Part shown: positions 28,639-39,665 of the stretch, in pieces
Position numbering within the stretch: position 1 is the first letter of the stretch
How the letters are laid out: each line of letters begins with the position of its first letter
Assembly (NCBI GenBank): GCA_043228905.1
Contig: JBHGNT010000012.1
Coordinates: 7,254,001 to 7,318,000 of the forward strand
Reading direction: 5' to 3'
Length of the DNA: 64,000 nucleotides
Origin: Azolla caroliniana
Taxonomy: Eukaryota; Plantae; Polypodiophyta
Position numbers and translations under genes: made by a program
Notes under the pieces: generated by a model
What the model was told of the DNA's origin: nothing
What the model saw: the letters and a program-made list of their open reading frames with translations, nothing else
Database searches by the model: none

Positions 28639-31600
28639 TGTAAGGAGGAGAATAGAACTCAACTTCCCATAGAAATAGGTTTCACACTAGCTCATGGACA
28701 TACCATGCTAGTTTTGTAAATAGTAGAAAGGGCCCTTGCCCTAGTTTAGTTGGTATTTAAACCAACCCTTTGTAACTTTGTTACTGTTGGAAGTAATATA
28801 CAGTCTTCTTGTTAAGAGCTCTCCCCCCCTCTCTCTCTGTTTGTTGTACACACACACACACACACACACAATTATCTTCTGCTGCATTACACCACCAACT
28901 CCATTTCTTTACATGGTATTAGAGCGTGTGGTTGTTTAATCGAATCTATTCGATTGTGTTGTGGTACACGCCAACGATCAACAGAACCGGCTTATTAACA
29001 GAGAAGAAATCACCATGAATACTCAGATGGGAAGCGCTCTTCCTACGGAGAAGCTCGACATGACAAATTTCACATCTTCAGAGTACAAGATGCATTAGTA
29101 CCTTGTCAGACAAGGATACTAGAGCTATATTGAAGGAGCTCATGAAACGCAACCCAACCCGACACACGCCGACTACCCGGCATGGGAGTAGGCTGCAAGT
29201 CGTGTGTTGTATTGCCTTGCATCATGCGTACATGATCACATGCTTGGCTATATTCGAGAGGCAAAAACGTTGAAAGAAGCATGGGGCAATCTCAAGAAGA
29301 TCGTCGCGGCCAATACGGCTGCCCGCAAGCTCCAGCTTCGTCAGGACTTGAATGACATTCAACAAAGGGACATGTCAATCGACAGCTACGCCTTGAAGAT
29401 CAAGGAGTTGTGCGATGCCCTCGGGTCAATCAATGTTGGCATTGACGATTAAGAAATGGTGCATATATGCCTCGGAGGTTTGGCACCTTGATTCAGCGCA
29501 ATAAGATCCCTCGTCCTCGCAAGAGAGAATCCTCCCACCTTTTTCGATGTTCAGTCAATATTACTGGTCGAGGAAAATCACGCCCAACAGAGGAACAACG
29601 CACCACAGGTCAGATGCTCTACTCCTAGTTGGATGACAGAAAAAATTTCGGTCATGGAAATAGAGGTCAGCTCGGACAAGGCCGTCATGGTCAGCAGACC
29701 CAAGAGCGTAACTCTCACCAATGGCAAGCAGACAGGAACAATCCAAGAGAGTTTGGAAAAAGGGGGAGTCATCACGCTAGACCAAGCAACCGTAATAACC
29801 CAATCAAATGCAGATATTGCGGAAAACTCGATCACTACAAAGAGGGGTGTCGAAAGAAGAAACAAGAGCCGGCCTCAACTAGCCGATAGTTCACGCACTA
29901 CGCATCGAATTCCGACTACGACAATCATATCGGAATGTTCACGAATTACGCATCGAACTCCGACTACGACGATCGTAGCGGAATGTTCATGATGAGGCAC
30001 AAAGCACACTCAATGGCGACACAAGGTGAAACAAGCACTACACCCTCAAAGAATGTATAGTTTGTCGACTCGGGAGCATCCAACCACATGACGTCTCATG
30101 AAGATTGGTTTCGGGAATTACGAAAACCCGAATGTCCCGAATATGTCGAGACGGGCGATGACATGACTCATCCAATACAGCATATCGGGAACGTCCCATT
30201 CGGAAACGACGGAAAACAAACCTACCTCAAGAATGTACTGCATGTCCCTATCATTACGAAAAACCTGGTCTCGGTCGGCCAGATTGTTGAACAAGGAATG
30301 CAAGTATGATTCAATAACGATGGGTGCTTCATCGAGAGAGGCGATGAAGTTATAGCTCATGATCGTTGTGAAGGCCGTATGTTTATCTTCGAATCGAACG
30401 AGGTGAAATCAACCATGTTTGCAAAATGCCTCAAAGTCGAAACCAACCTAAATCTGTGGCACAAAAGAATTGGTCACATTAATCTCCAGAAGCTTTAGAA
30501 CATGCAATCGAAAGGAGTCGTAATTGGACTCCCGAACTTTACGATGAAGGAGATTCTGGGCGTATGCGAAGCATGCCAATTCGGAAAACGCCGTCACCCA
30601 TTCCCAAAAGAGCAGAATGTGAGTAAAGGAATCCTAGATGTTGTACATTCAGACGTGTGGGGACCAACCCAAACAACTACATCCGGGGGTTGCTGGTACT
30701 ATGTCACGATCATCGACGACTTCTCCAGGAACACCTGGATCTACCTGATGAGACTGAAGAGCGAAGTGTTTGGACACTTCCAGAGATTCAAGGCCGAAGT
30801 TGAAAAAACTACGGGTCGGCCACGTACACTGCCTTCGATCAGATGGAGGCAAAGAATATTTTTCAAATGAGTTTATGGTGTATCTCTGAAAGGAAGGAAT
30901 CCGATGAGAATTTTCATGTTGTCACACACCTCGACAAAATGGCATAACCGAGCGGAAGAACCGACACATAGTAGAAGTCGCATGGGTTATGATGAATGAG
31001 AAGAACCTACCGAAATCGTATTGGGCAGAAGCGGCGAACACGGCTGTATACCTCATGAATAGGTGCACAACCTCAGGAGTACGTGACGTAACTCCTCATG
31101 AGAAGTTCTTTGGAAAGATGACAGACTTATCACATGTCCGCATTTTCGGCGCAATCACTTACGTGCATATTCCCGACGATACGCGACAAAAACTCATAGG
31201 ATACTCACTTGAACAGAAGGGGTACAAATGCTACAACCCATCTACCCAAAAAGTTTGAACAAGTCGAGATGTAGTCTCCAACGAATATGCATCCTAGTAC
31301 GTACCAGAGAATACTTCGACTCCAACTCCGCTCGACGCGGATGACGTCGAAATAGAAATAGAAGCTGAGGAGTGGCTCACGCAGATGTTCGAAGACAACC
31401 CAATTTCGACATGGCTGAGTGGGCCATCAGAGCCGCCAAGCGATCAAAGCACATCTCGGTTGAATCTGAAGCTGGACAAAGGGAAGGTGAAAATGCGGGA
31501 ATATGAAGATCAGGAAGAGATTGAGGTGCTTCACTCTCTCGACAGTCACACAAATGGAGCGAGGAAAGCCATAGTCCCCACGGATGCAAAGTTATGACGG

Positions 31601-32985
31601 TCCACCCGCGAAAAGAACCCCGTAAGCCATTTCAACTATGACGAGTACATGGCGTATCATTACGAGTACATGATGAAGGTAGCGTTAGTACGGGAGCCGG
31701 AGACGCTTTCCGAAGCTGTAAAAGATCCACGATGGGTCGATGTGATGAATGAGGAAATGGAAGCGTTATGTAAAAACGAGACCTAGGATCTCGTTCCTCG
31801 TCCTCCGAGTAAGAAAGCAATTGACTGTAGGCGGATTTACAAAGTGAAACACAATGCCGACGGCTCCGTAAATCGCTTTAAAGCACAACTCGTTGCTAAA
31901 GGATACGCGTAAACGCACGACGTCGATTATGAAGAGACCTTTGCCCCGGTGGCACCTCCACCATATGGTCGTGAAAAACACCTTCCTCCAAGGAGAATTA
32001 GAAGACGAAGTGTATATGATTCAACCACTCGGATTTGAATCGCGCAATCATCCAAACGTCGTGTGCCGACTTAAGAAACCACTCTACGGCCTCAAACAAG
32101 CACCGTGTGCATGACACTCGAAGATCACGCAATATCTTCATCAGATCGGATTTCGAATGTCAAAATCTGATACTTCTCTATACATCCGAAACGAGTTGGA
32201 TAGCTCGATTGTCATCATCCTTTACATGGATGATTTGGTCATCGAAGGAAAAGATCTAGCCGAGATTAACAAGGTCAAATCACTTCTTTCTAGCCGATTC
32301 AAAATGAAAGACCTGCATGAGCTCCATTACTTCCTAGGCATTACAGTAATTCGAACAATAGTCGGGATAACGATCTCACAACACTACATCCTCAACTTAC
32401 TCTACAAGTTTGGGATGACGGAGTGCAAACTTGTGTCCACCCCACTTGACCGTAATCTCAAGCTTAATGTTGATTCTGGCATAGCCGAGTGCGAGCCAAG
32501 TATCACCAATTGATCGATAGCCTCGTCTACCTAACCATTATGCGATCCGACCTCAACTATTCGGTCGGCCTACTCAACCAATTCATGCAGAATCCGCGAA
32601 ACCTTCACTTGACTGCACTAAGAGGGTATTTCGGTACGCCGGTTGTACAATGGATTACGGCGTCAAATACAAGTCAAATACGATAATTCGACTTGAAGGG
32701 TACACATATGCGGATTGGGCAGGTTATAAAGCGGATAGACGGTCAACATCAGGATTCGTTTTCTCCCTCGACAGCGGAGCAATCTCATGGAGTAGCAAGA
32801 AGCAACTGACAGTCGCACTGTCGAGCACGAAGGCCGAATACAGGGGCGCGGTGGTCGTCGCGTGCGAAGCTGTATGACTCAAGCGTATACTGAAGAATCT
32901 AGGCATACCCATCAAGGATCCGATTCGACTATTTTGCGACAACATGAGCAGTATCTACATGGCGTGAAACCCCGTATTCCACAAC
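28639..32985 (+). mobile_element. Degenerate Ty1/copia element (5' LTR, PBS, gag, protease, integrase, RT, RNase H); 3' end lost
   Basis: LTR ends TTTACA at 28913 (its start is uncertain); PBS TGGTATTAGAGC at 28914-28925. Gag, zinc knuckle CRYCGKLDH, protease VDSGASNHMT, integrase VVHSDVWGP and YWAEAANTAVYL, RT YMDD, RNase H ISWSSKKQ. Many stops and frameshifts; truncated after NPVFH. Confidence 0.92.
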
Positions 32986-33395
32986 GTGAGGCCGCCAAGG
33001 CATATCTGCACCATCTCATCATCATCGATACTTACGCTTATTGAGCCGAGCAAGTCGCAAAGCTCCTTGATCTTCAAGGTGTATGTCGTGATGGACATGA
33101 CGAGGAATACGTGGAATAGTCTCTGACAACAACCGAAGAGTGAATCACTTTGTACAGTCGAACACAGAAGAAATGAAGAATGGAGGTAAGTGCACAAACA
33201 GAAAGAAAAAAAAGGATACATAGGATATTAACGTGGAAAACCCTGAGAGGGAAAAACCACAGGAGTCCACAGACTCCAAACTATCACTATATCACAATGA
33301 TTACAACAGTGAGCTCATGGAGGCAACGACCTTGTGCTCACGATCTTCGCCACAGGCGGCGGTTACAATAGAGGCAACGACCTCTCTATATCTCG

Positions 33396-33429
<34 letters not shown>

Positions 33430-34732
33430 GTACACGGTTGCTCTCTCACAATCGCGACAACGACAATGACAACCTGTACACTAAGTTTGCTCTAAGTCAT
33501 ATTTATACTAAAATGACTTTTCGGCTATTTACAAATATAGCCCCGATGGACTCTCAAAAACATATTTACGAGTATGTCCCTCCATCCGATGAGCACTCCT
33601 CACCGGGCCTGCATCATCCGGAGCTTGCCGGGCACTCATCATCTGGTTCTCACTGGGTCTTCCGTTTCCGGGTACTCCTCATCCGGGTCTTCCGTTGCCG
33701 GGTACTCCTCATCCGGGTCTTCCGTTGCCGGGTACTCCACATCCGGTTTCGGCCTCATACTGGAGCGACCTGTTTCCAAATAGGACATGTCCCTTTGTTG
33801 AATGTTGTTCAACTCTTGGTGGAGTTGAAGCCTTCATGCGGTTGTGTTCACCGCGAAAATCTTTCGTAGATTTTCCCATGCCTCCTTCGGCGTCTTGGCC
33901 TCGCGAATGTAGCGAAGCATGTGATCGCGAAGACATGTTGCCAAGCAATACATCACGTGGCTTGCGGCTTGCGGCTTGCGGCTTGCTCCAATGTCGCGTA
34001 TCTGGGAGTTGTTTCGATGTGTCAGTCTTCGTGCGCTCCTTTGATGTAGCTCCAATAGCCTTGTTCGACAAGGTATTGGTGCATCTTGTACTCCCAAGAT
34101 GCAAAGTTGTTTTGATCCAACTTCTCGGTAGGGAGAGCGCTCCCAATTTGAGTATTCATTATGTCGATTCTTCTTCTTCTTCTTCTCTCTTCGAATGCTA
34201 GCTATGTAGTGAAGTTACGATAGTGATGAGTCGGTTCTTGGTCGTCAGCGTGGAGCACAACACACGATCACGATGAGGTGAATGGGCTAGTTCGAGCTAC
34301 CAAATCGCTCTGATACCATGTAAAGAATCAGATATGATTCTTGTGAAGTGGAAGAGATGTGAGTTATGTGTGTGTATGAGAGAGAGAGAGAGAGTGAGTG
34401 AGTGAGTGAGTGAGTGACTGAGAGAGACAAGGAGTAAGACACAGAGAATACGCAAGGTAAAGTATATTAACAAAGGAGAAAGACTCAACATTATACAAGG
34501 TGGGAGGAGGATGCTTTATATAGTCACCCTCTCTCTTCATTAACTACAAGACTCATGGAGCATGGGGAATGTGAAAGCTCACAAGTTATGTGTCATAGAA
34601 TATGATTCTATGACTCATACTAAATGCTAGAATACAAAGTGGTGACATAATGGTGACTCTTGACCATTGGAGTGTCTATTCACTCTCAAGGTGAGTTCAC
34701 ACACTAGAGCAAGTTGAGCTTGATTCTCAACA
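32986..34732 (-). mobile_element. Truncated Ty1/copia (5' LTR, PBS, partial gag), split by a solo LTR
   Basis: LTR 34319-34732 (TG...CA); PBS TGGTATCAGAGC at 34318-34307. Gag from MGSALPTEKLD to MVQICLGGLT on the minus strand. Confidence 0.88.
33098..33782 (-). mobile_element. Solo LTR (685 bp) inserted into gag, TSD GGACA
   Basis: GGACA at 33093-33097 and 33783-33787; removing the insert restores gag (QQRDMSITTYTLKIKE). Starts TG and ends TA (decayed CA). Internal 30-bp tandem repeats at ~33630-33745. Confidence 0.85.
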
Positions 34733-36251
34733 TAAACATATTAATAGGTTAGCAAATCAAAGCGTATCTTTGTCTGAAGGGACAGAGAATAAAGGTGATG
34801 TAACTAGGATGTAACAGCCCACCTCGAGCGGCCTATAAGAAAAGGGGGGAAGAAAGACTGAGCGGGGTATCACATTTTGGGGAGGAGGAACTGTTGTTAG
34901 ACTGGGAACTGGGAACCGAGCACCGATCTCTGTTTTTCTTGGTAACGATGCTTGTTGTAGTCTCTGTTTGGTGGTAGTTGATTCTTCCTAAGTGTGATCA
35001 ATGTCTATCTTTGGCGTGTTGCCGAGTCCCTATCTGAACTGGTTAGTGTTGTGTTTGCCGGCACTCGACATCCATCTCTCCTTTCCCTTTCCTTTCTCTT
35101 TCCTTTCTATCTTCGCACACTCCTCGGTCCAAGGCACCCGCGGTCCTGCCTTAGTTTCCTACACGCACGTGCGACAACACGACATAATCTGGTGAACCCA
35201 ACGTGAAACAGGCAGCGAAGGAGCTTGAAGATGAGAGGATCTGAACTCGGCGAAGCCATGGCGGTAGCTGTCGATCGGCTAGTGAGCGCTCGTGAGGGCA
35301 TGGGTACCCTCGACAAAACCATCGAGTCCATAGTTGGCACAATAGGCCAGTTCGGAGGGAAGAACGCAACAAGTTATTTGGAGGTCTATCGGGCCGAGAT
35401 GATAATGAGGAACATCCTAGAGGACAGACGACTGTTCGGATTCCCTTTGGTGGTGAGACCGGGCATCCACGCAGAGGTGCTCGAGGTGCAAGTTGGTTGC
35501 CAGACTTGGGAGGAGTTCAAAGGGCGGCTCCTCGACAGGTACATGTACGACGGCTCACTTAGGTTGTCGAAGAGAGACTTCATGGAATGGGTTGAGACCC
35601 TAGGAAAGGGGAGGAACGCGTTAGTGCTCCTTCAGGAGTTCGAGAAACGGTTTGCCCGGCTCTTGGTGTTACACAGGACCGTGCTTGACACGAGTCGTGT
35701 CTTGTTATTCGTCAAATCTGTGGACGTGCAGGATCAGGAGTAGGTGGGTCTCCTATTGGTGACAGATGAAGGGCTCACGACCGACTAGGCTGTGGTAAAG
35801 ATAGTCTGTAGCCGTTTCAACAAGCGACACAAGTGGACCGACGAGGGTTCGGCGACAGCGGGACCGACGACGGCAAGGAAGTCCGAGGAGTCGTTGCCGG
35901 CGCGAGAGTAAGAGACCTGAGGTTGGCTCGAGTCAGGCTCGGCCCCAACCAATGTGGTCAAGGGTGTTAAGAAAACGTGAAGAAGGCACTCGGGCTCTTC
36001 TTATGTGCGCGGCGGATCGTGGTGTGCTAGATCGTTTAGTGCTCAAACACAGAAGGGAAGGGGGAAGGAGACTTACCTCTGTAGCAGCCAAAACTTCTTC
36101 TATTTCATTATGCACAGAGCTCTACTTGCTCTCGTTTGTTTCTCTCTCTTGCTCTCACTCTCTCTCTCTCAGAGTTCTACTTCCTGTATTTTTTCTTCTC
36201 TCTTTTTCTTACTCTCTTACTTTCTACCTAAGTAATAAGTTACTTACGTAT

Positions 36252-36377
36252 GCAGCTAATTAGCTGCCTGTAGCTAATTAGCTGTCAGTCGCTAAATAGC
36301 TGTCAGTAGCTAATTAGCTGTCAGTCGCTAAATAGTTGTCAGTAGCTAATTAGCTGTTAGTAGCTAATTAGCTGTTT
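36252..36377. repeat. 18-bp tandem array with palindromic core AGCTAATTAGCT in the LTR (7 units; 8 units at 40094-40237)
   Basis: GTAGCTAATTAGCTGTCA units partly alternate with GTCGCTAAATAGCTGTCA units. Confidence 0.9.
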
Positions 36378-36482
36378 CTCCTTTATGTTCACAAGTAGCT
36401 AAATAACTACTATAGCTTATTTCCCAATAAGCATCGCATACCATGTTGAGCTTGCTTCTCAACACTCCCCCTCAAGCTCAAC

Positions 36483-39400
36483 TTATCCTTTCTTGGGGTT
36501 ATCTACAACTTCTTTTTCATGATGCTTTTCAGCCATCATATCAATGTCTACAACTCCCATCATGTTCCGAAACTGTGTATGCTTTTCCACACTCAATCCC
36601 TTTGTGAGAATATCAGCAACCTGCTGATTTGTATTCACATACACCAGATCAACTTCTCCTTCAATCACTTTTTCTCTAACAAAGTGATAATACACTTCAA
36701 TGTGCTTTGTTCTTGCATGGAACACAGGGTTCTTTGCAAGTTGAATGTTGCTCATGTTGTCACACCAGATTGTGACAGTACCGTCTATATACTCTCCCAA
36801 ATCAGCAAGCAATCTTCTAATCCATACCTCTTCACAAGTGGCTATGGCAGCTCCTCTGTACTCAGCTTCAGTACTAGACAATGCAACAGTAGCCTGTTTC
36901 TTGCTACTCCATGAAATACCTGCACTTCCCAATGTAAAGATATATCCACTTGTGGATCTTCTATCTGTTTGGCTTCCAGCCCATTCAGCATCTGTATATC
37001 CTTCCAGATTTATGTCCAAATCAGCCCTGTAAAACAATCCATAGTTCTGAGTAGCTTTTACATACCTCAGAATTCTTCTAATGCAGTCCAAATGCGGCTT
37101 TGTTGGCTGTTGCATAAATTGGCTGACTAATCCAACTGCATAACTCAAATCAGGTCTTGTTATGGTCAAATAAATAAGGTTGCCCGCCATAGACCTGTAC
37201 ATGTTTACATCTTCTATTTTGGCTCCCAAATCAACCCTCAATTTGCAGTTTTTATCTAGTGGTACTCCAATAGGTTTGCATCCAAGCATACCATACTTTT
37301 TCAACATAGTTGTTGCATATTGTCTTTGCAACACACATATACCACTTTCAGATCTGATGATTTCAATACCCAAAAAATATCTCAGATCTCCCAAATCTTT
37401 CATATGAAATTTCATTTCCAAATTCCTTTTCAGCTTACTTATCTCATCCATGAAATCACCTCCAATGATGAGATCATCAACATAAATCAGAATCACAACC
37501 ATACAATCATCTTTCCTTTTAACATACAATGATGAATCAACCTTTGACATTTTGAAGTCAAGTTTTTTCAGATAATCTGAAAGTTCCCTGTGCCATGTTC
37601 TTGGTGCCTGTTTCAGTCCATAAAGAGCCTTTTTCAGCTTACATACATAATCTGGATGCTTCCTATCTTCAAAACCTGGTGGTTGACACATATACACTTC
37701 TTCTTCCAAGTTACCATGTAAAAATGCATTTTTTACATCCATATGATGAAGAAACCATCTTCTGGCTGCACCTACAGCCAGTAATGTCCTCAATGTTGCC
37801 ATCTTTGCAACCGGTGCAAATGTCTCATCATAATCAATTCCTTGCATTTGGGCATATCCCTTTGCAACCAATCTTGCTTTATGTCTACTTACATTCCCAC
37901 TGGAATCATGCTTTGTCTTGTAGACCCATTTGCAACCTACCACATTTTTTTCTTTTGGTAACTTCACCAAATCCCATGTTCTGTTTTCAGCCAATGCATC
38001 AATCTCTTCTTGCATTGCGTCCACCCATTTCTTCTCAATTTTAGCCTCATCAAAACTACTTGGGTCAGGGATCTGTACCACCTTAGACATGTATGCATAA
38101 TGCATAGCCATGTATGTATCATAACCAAATCTTTCAACAATTTTTTTCTCTCTATCTGATCTTCTCAGTTTCTGATTTGCATCCTTCAATGCTTTTTCCA
38201 TACCAGGGATTTTCAATCCTCTTATACCAAGAAGATCATCCAATGACACATCTGAGTCCTCATCTTCCATGTTTTTAGACAAGTCATCCAACATTTCATA
38301 CTCTGGCATTTTCTGTTTTCCTTTTTTATCATCACATTTTTTGTGTCCTCCACTTTTTTCACTCCAAGAATTTGAATCAGATTTACCATCTGAGCTTTTT
38401 GATGGTCCAGAACATTCTGTTGATGTTGGACTTTGTTGTCCAACCTTGCTTCCATCTCTGTGGCAGTCTTCTACATTTTCAGATTTGTCTTTGTCTTCAA
38501 TCTCATTGTCTTCATCAGTCTCTGGATTCTGTTTTGGACTATACCAGCTGGCTAACTCATCAAAGATTACATCCCTACTTGTCACAATCTTCTTTGTTAC
38601 AGGGTTATAGCATCTATACCCTTTTTGTTCTTCTGAATAGCCAACAAAAATACATTTTTCTGCCTTTGGATCCAACTTACTTCTTACTTCTGCAGGCACA
38701 TGTACATATGCAAGGCATCCAAACACTTTTAAGTGTTCTATACTAGGTTTCCTTCCATAGAAACACTCTTCAGGAGTTGCTTCATGTACTCCCGATGTTA
38801 TACATCTATTTAGAATATAATTTGCTGTATTTACAGCTTCTGCCCAATAGTACAATGGCATATTCTTCTCTGTCATCAAAGCCCTTGCAATGTTCACCAA
38901 TGTTCTGTTTTTCCTCTCAGCAACTCCATTTTGCTGTGGAGTATATCTACATGTGAACTGTCTTCTTATTCCCTGATTGCATAGAAAATCAGAAAATTCA
39001 TTGGAGAAATACTCTCCTCCTCCATCAGATCTTAAACATTTTATTCTTGTACCTGCCTGCTTTTCTACCATGCATTTAAACTTACGAAAACATTCAAACA
39101 CTTCACTTTTCTCTTTCATGAAGTACACCCATGTTTTCCTTGAGCAATCATCAATAAAAGTTACATAAAATCTGCAGCCTCTCAAGCATATTTCTACCTT
39201 ATCATCATCTTCTATCTTTACATTGATAGAAGCAAGTGATTCACATATGCTCTTTATTTTTAAGGCATACTCATTTATTGACATCTTACCTTTTTCTAAG
39301 GTATTTAGCTCAGTCTTCAACTGTAGCTTTCTAGCTTTTGTGTTTATTGCAAACAGTTTTACCAAACTGTCCCAAGCTTCTTTTGGGAGCATAGCATCCT

Positions 39401-39665
39401 GTATGTGCCCAAGCATCGAATCTGAGATGCTAAGTGAGAGCCAATGCATTACCTTCCTTGCCCCTTGATTCCAATCTTTGAATGCTTTAATCTGTGCTGC
39501 TGTGGCATTTTCTTCTGGGATCTCCGGAGCCTCTTCTAGGTCTCCTTCAATGTAATCCCAGTATCCTTTCCCCATTAGGAAATTTGTCATTCTAAATTTC
39601 CACGCCGGGAAATTGTTTTTATCTAGTTTCTCTGTAACTATTTGGCCCGCATTCTCTGCAGCCAT
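36483..39665 (-). CDS. Copia polyprotein: Gag N-terminal part fused to partial integrase, RT and RNase H (no protease)
   Basis: Uninterrupted ORF; first ATG at 39665. Gag (EKLDKNNF...KVEICLRG) joins directly to CRFYVTFIDDCSRKTW. RT motifs [19 protein letters not shown] and YVDD; RNase H motifs GYTD, STEAEY and KHIEVYYHFVRE. Confidence 0.9.
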   Translation of the reverse strand: MAAENAGQIVTEKLDKNNFPAWKFRMTNFLMGKGYWDYIEGDLEEAPEIPEENATAAQIKAFKDWNQGARKVMHWLSLSISDSMLGHIQDAMLPKEAWDSLVKLFAINTKARKLQLKTELNTLEKGKMSINEYALKIKSICESLASINVKIEDDDKVEICLRGCRFYVTFIDDCSRKTWVYFMKEKSEVFECFRKFKCMVEKQAGTRIKCLRSDGGGEYFSNEFSDFLCNQGIRRQFTCRYTPQQNGVAERKNRTLVNIARALMTEKNMPLYYWAEAVNTANYILNRCITSGVHEATPEECFYGRKPSIEHLKVFGCLAYVHVPAEVRSKLDPKAEKCIFVGYSEEQKGYRCYNPVTKKIVTSRDVIFDELASWYSPKQNPETDEDNEIEDKDKSENVEDCHRDGSKVGQQSPTSTECSGPSKSSDGKSDSNSWSEKSGGHKKCDDKKGKQKMPEYEMLDDLSKNMEDEDSDVSLDDLLGIRGLKIPGMEKALKDANQKLRRSDREKKIVERFGYDTYMAMHYAYMSKVVQIPDPSSFDEAKIEKKWVDAMQEEIDALAENRTWDLVKLPKEKNVVGCKWVYKTKHDSSGNVSRHKARLVAKGYAQMQGIDYDETFAPVAKMATLRTLLAVGAARRWFLHHMDVKNAFLHGNLEEEVYMCQPPGFEDRKHPDYVCKLKKALYGLKQAPRTWHRELSDYLKKLDFKMSKVDSSLYVKRKDDCMVVILIYVDDLIIGGDFMDEISKLKRNLEMKFHMKDLGDLRYFLGIEIIRSESGICVLQRQYATTMLKKYGMLGCKPIGVPLDKNCKLRVDLGAKIEDVNMYRSMAGNLIYLTITRPDLSYAVGLVSQFMQQPTKPHLDCIRRILRYVKATQNYGLFYRADLDINLEGYTDAEWAGSQTDRRSTSGYIFTLGSAGISWSSKKQATVALSSTEAEYRGAAIATCEEVWIRRLLADLGEYIDGTVTIWCDNMSNIQLAKNPVFHARTKHIEVYYHFVREKVIEGEVDLVYVNTNQQVADILTKGLSVEKHTQFRNMMGVVDIDMMAEKHHEKEVVDNPKKG

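Noticed and set aside
35952-36263. Duplicated small ORFs (also 39642-40105)
   Set aside because: Antisense frames running through the two LTRs of the same element.
36252-36377. CRISPR-like appearance of the palindromic repeat array
   Set aside because: Units are contiguous with no unique spacers, lie inside both LTRs, and the context is eukaryotic with no cas genes.
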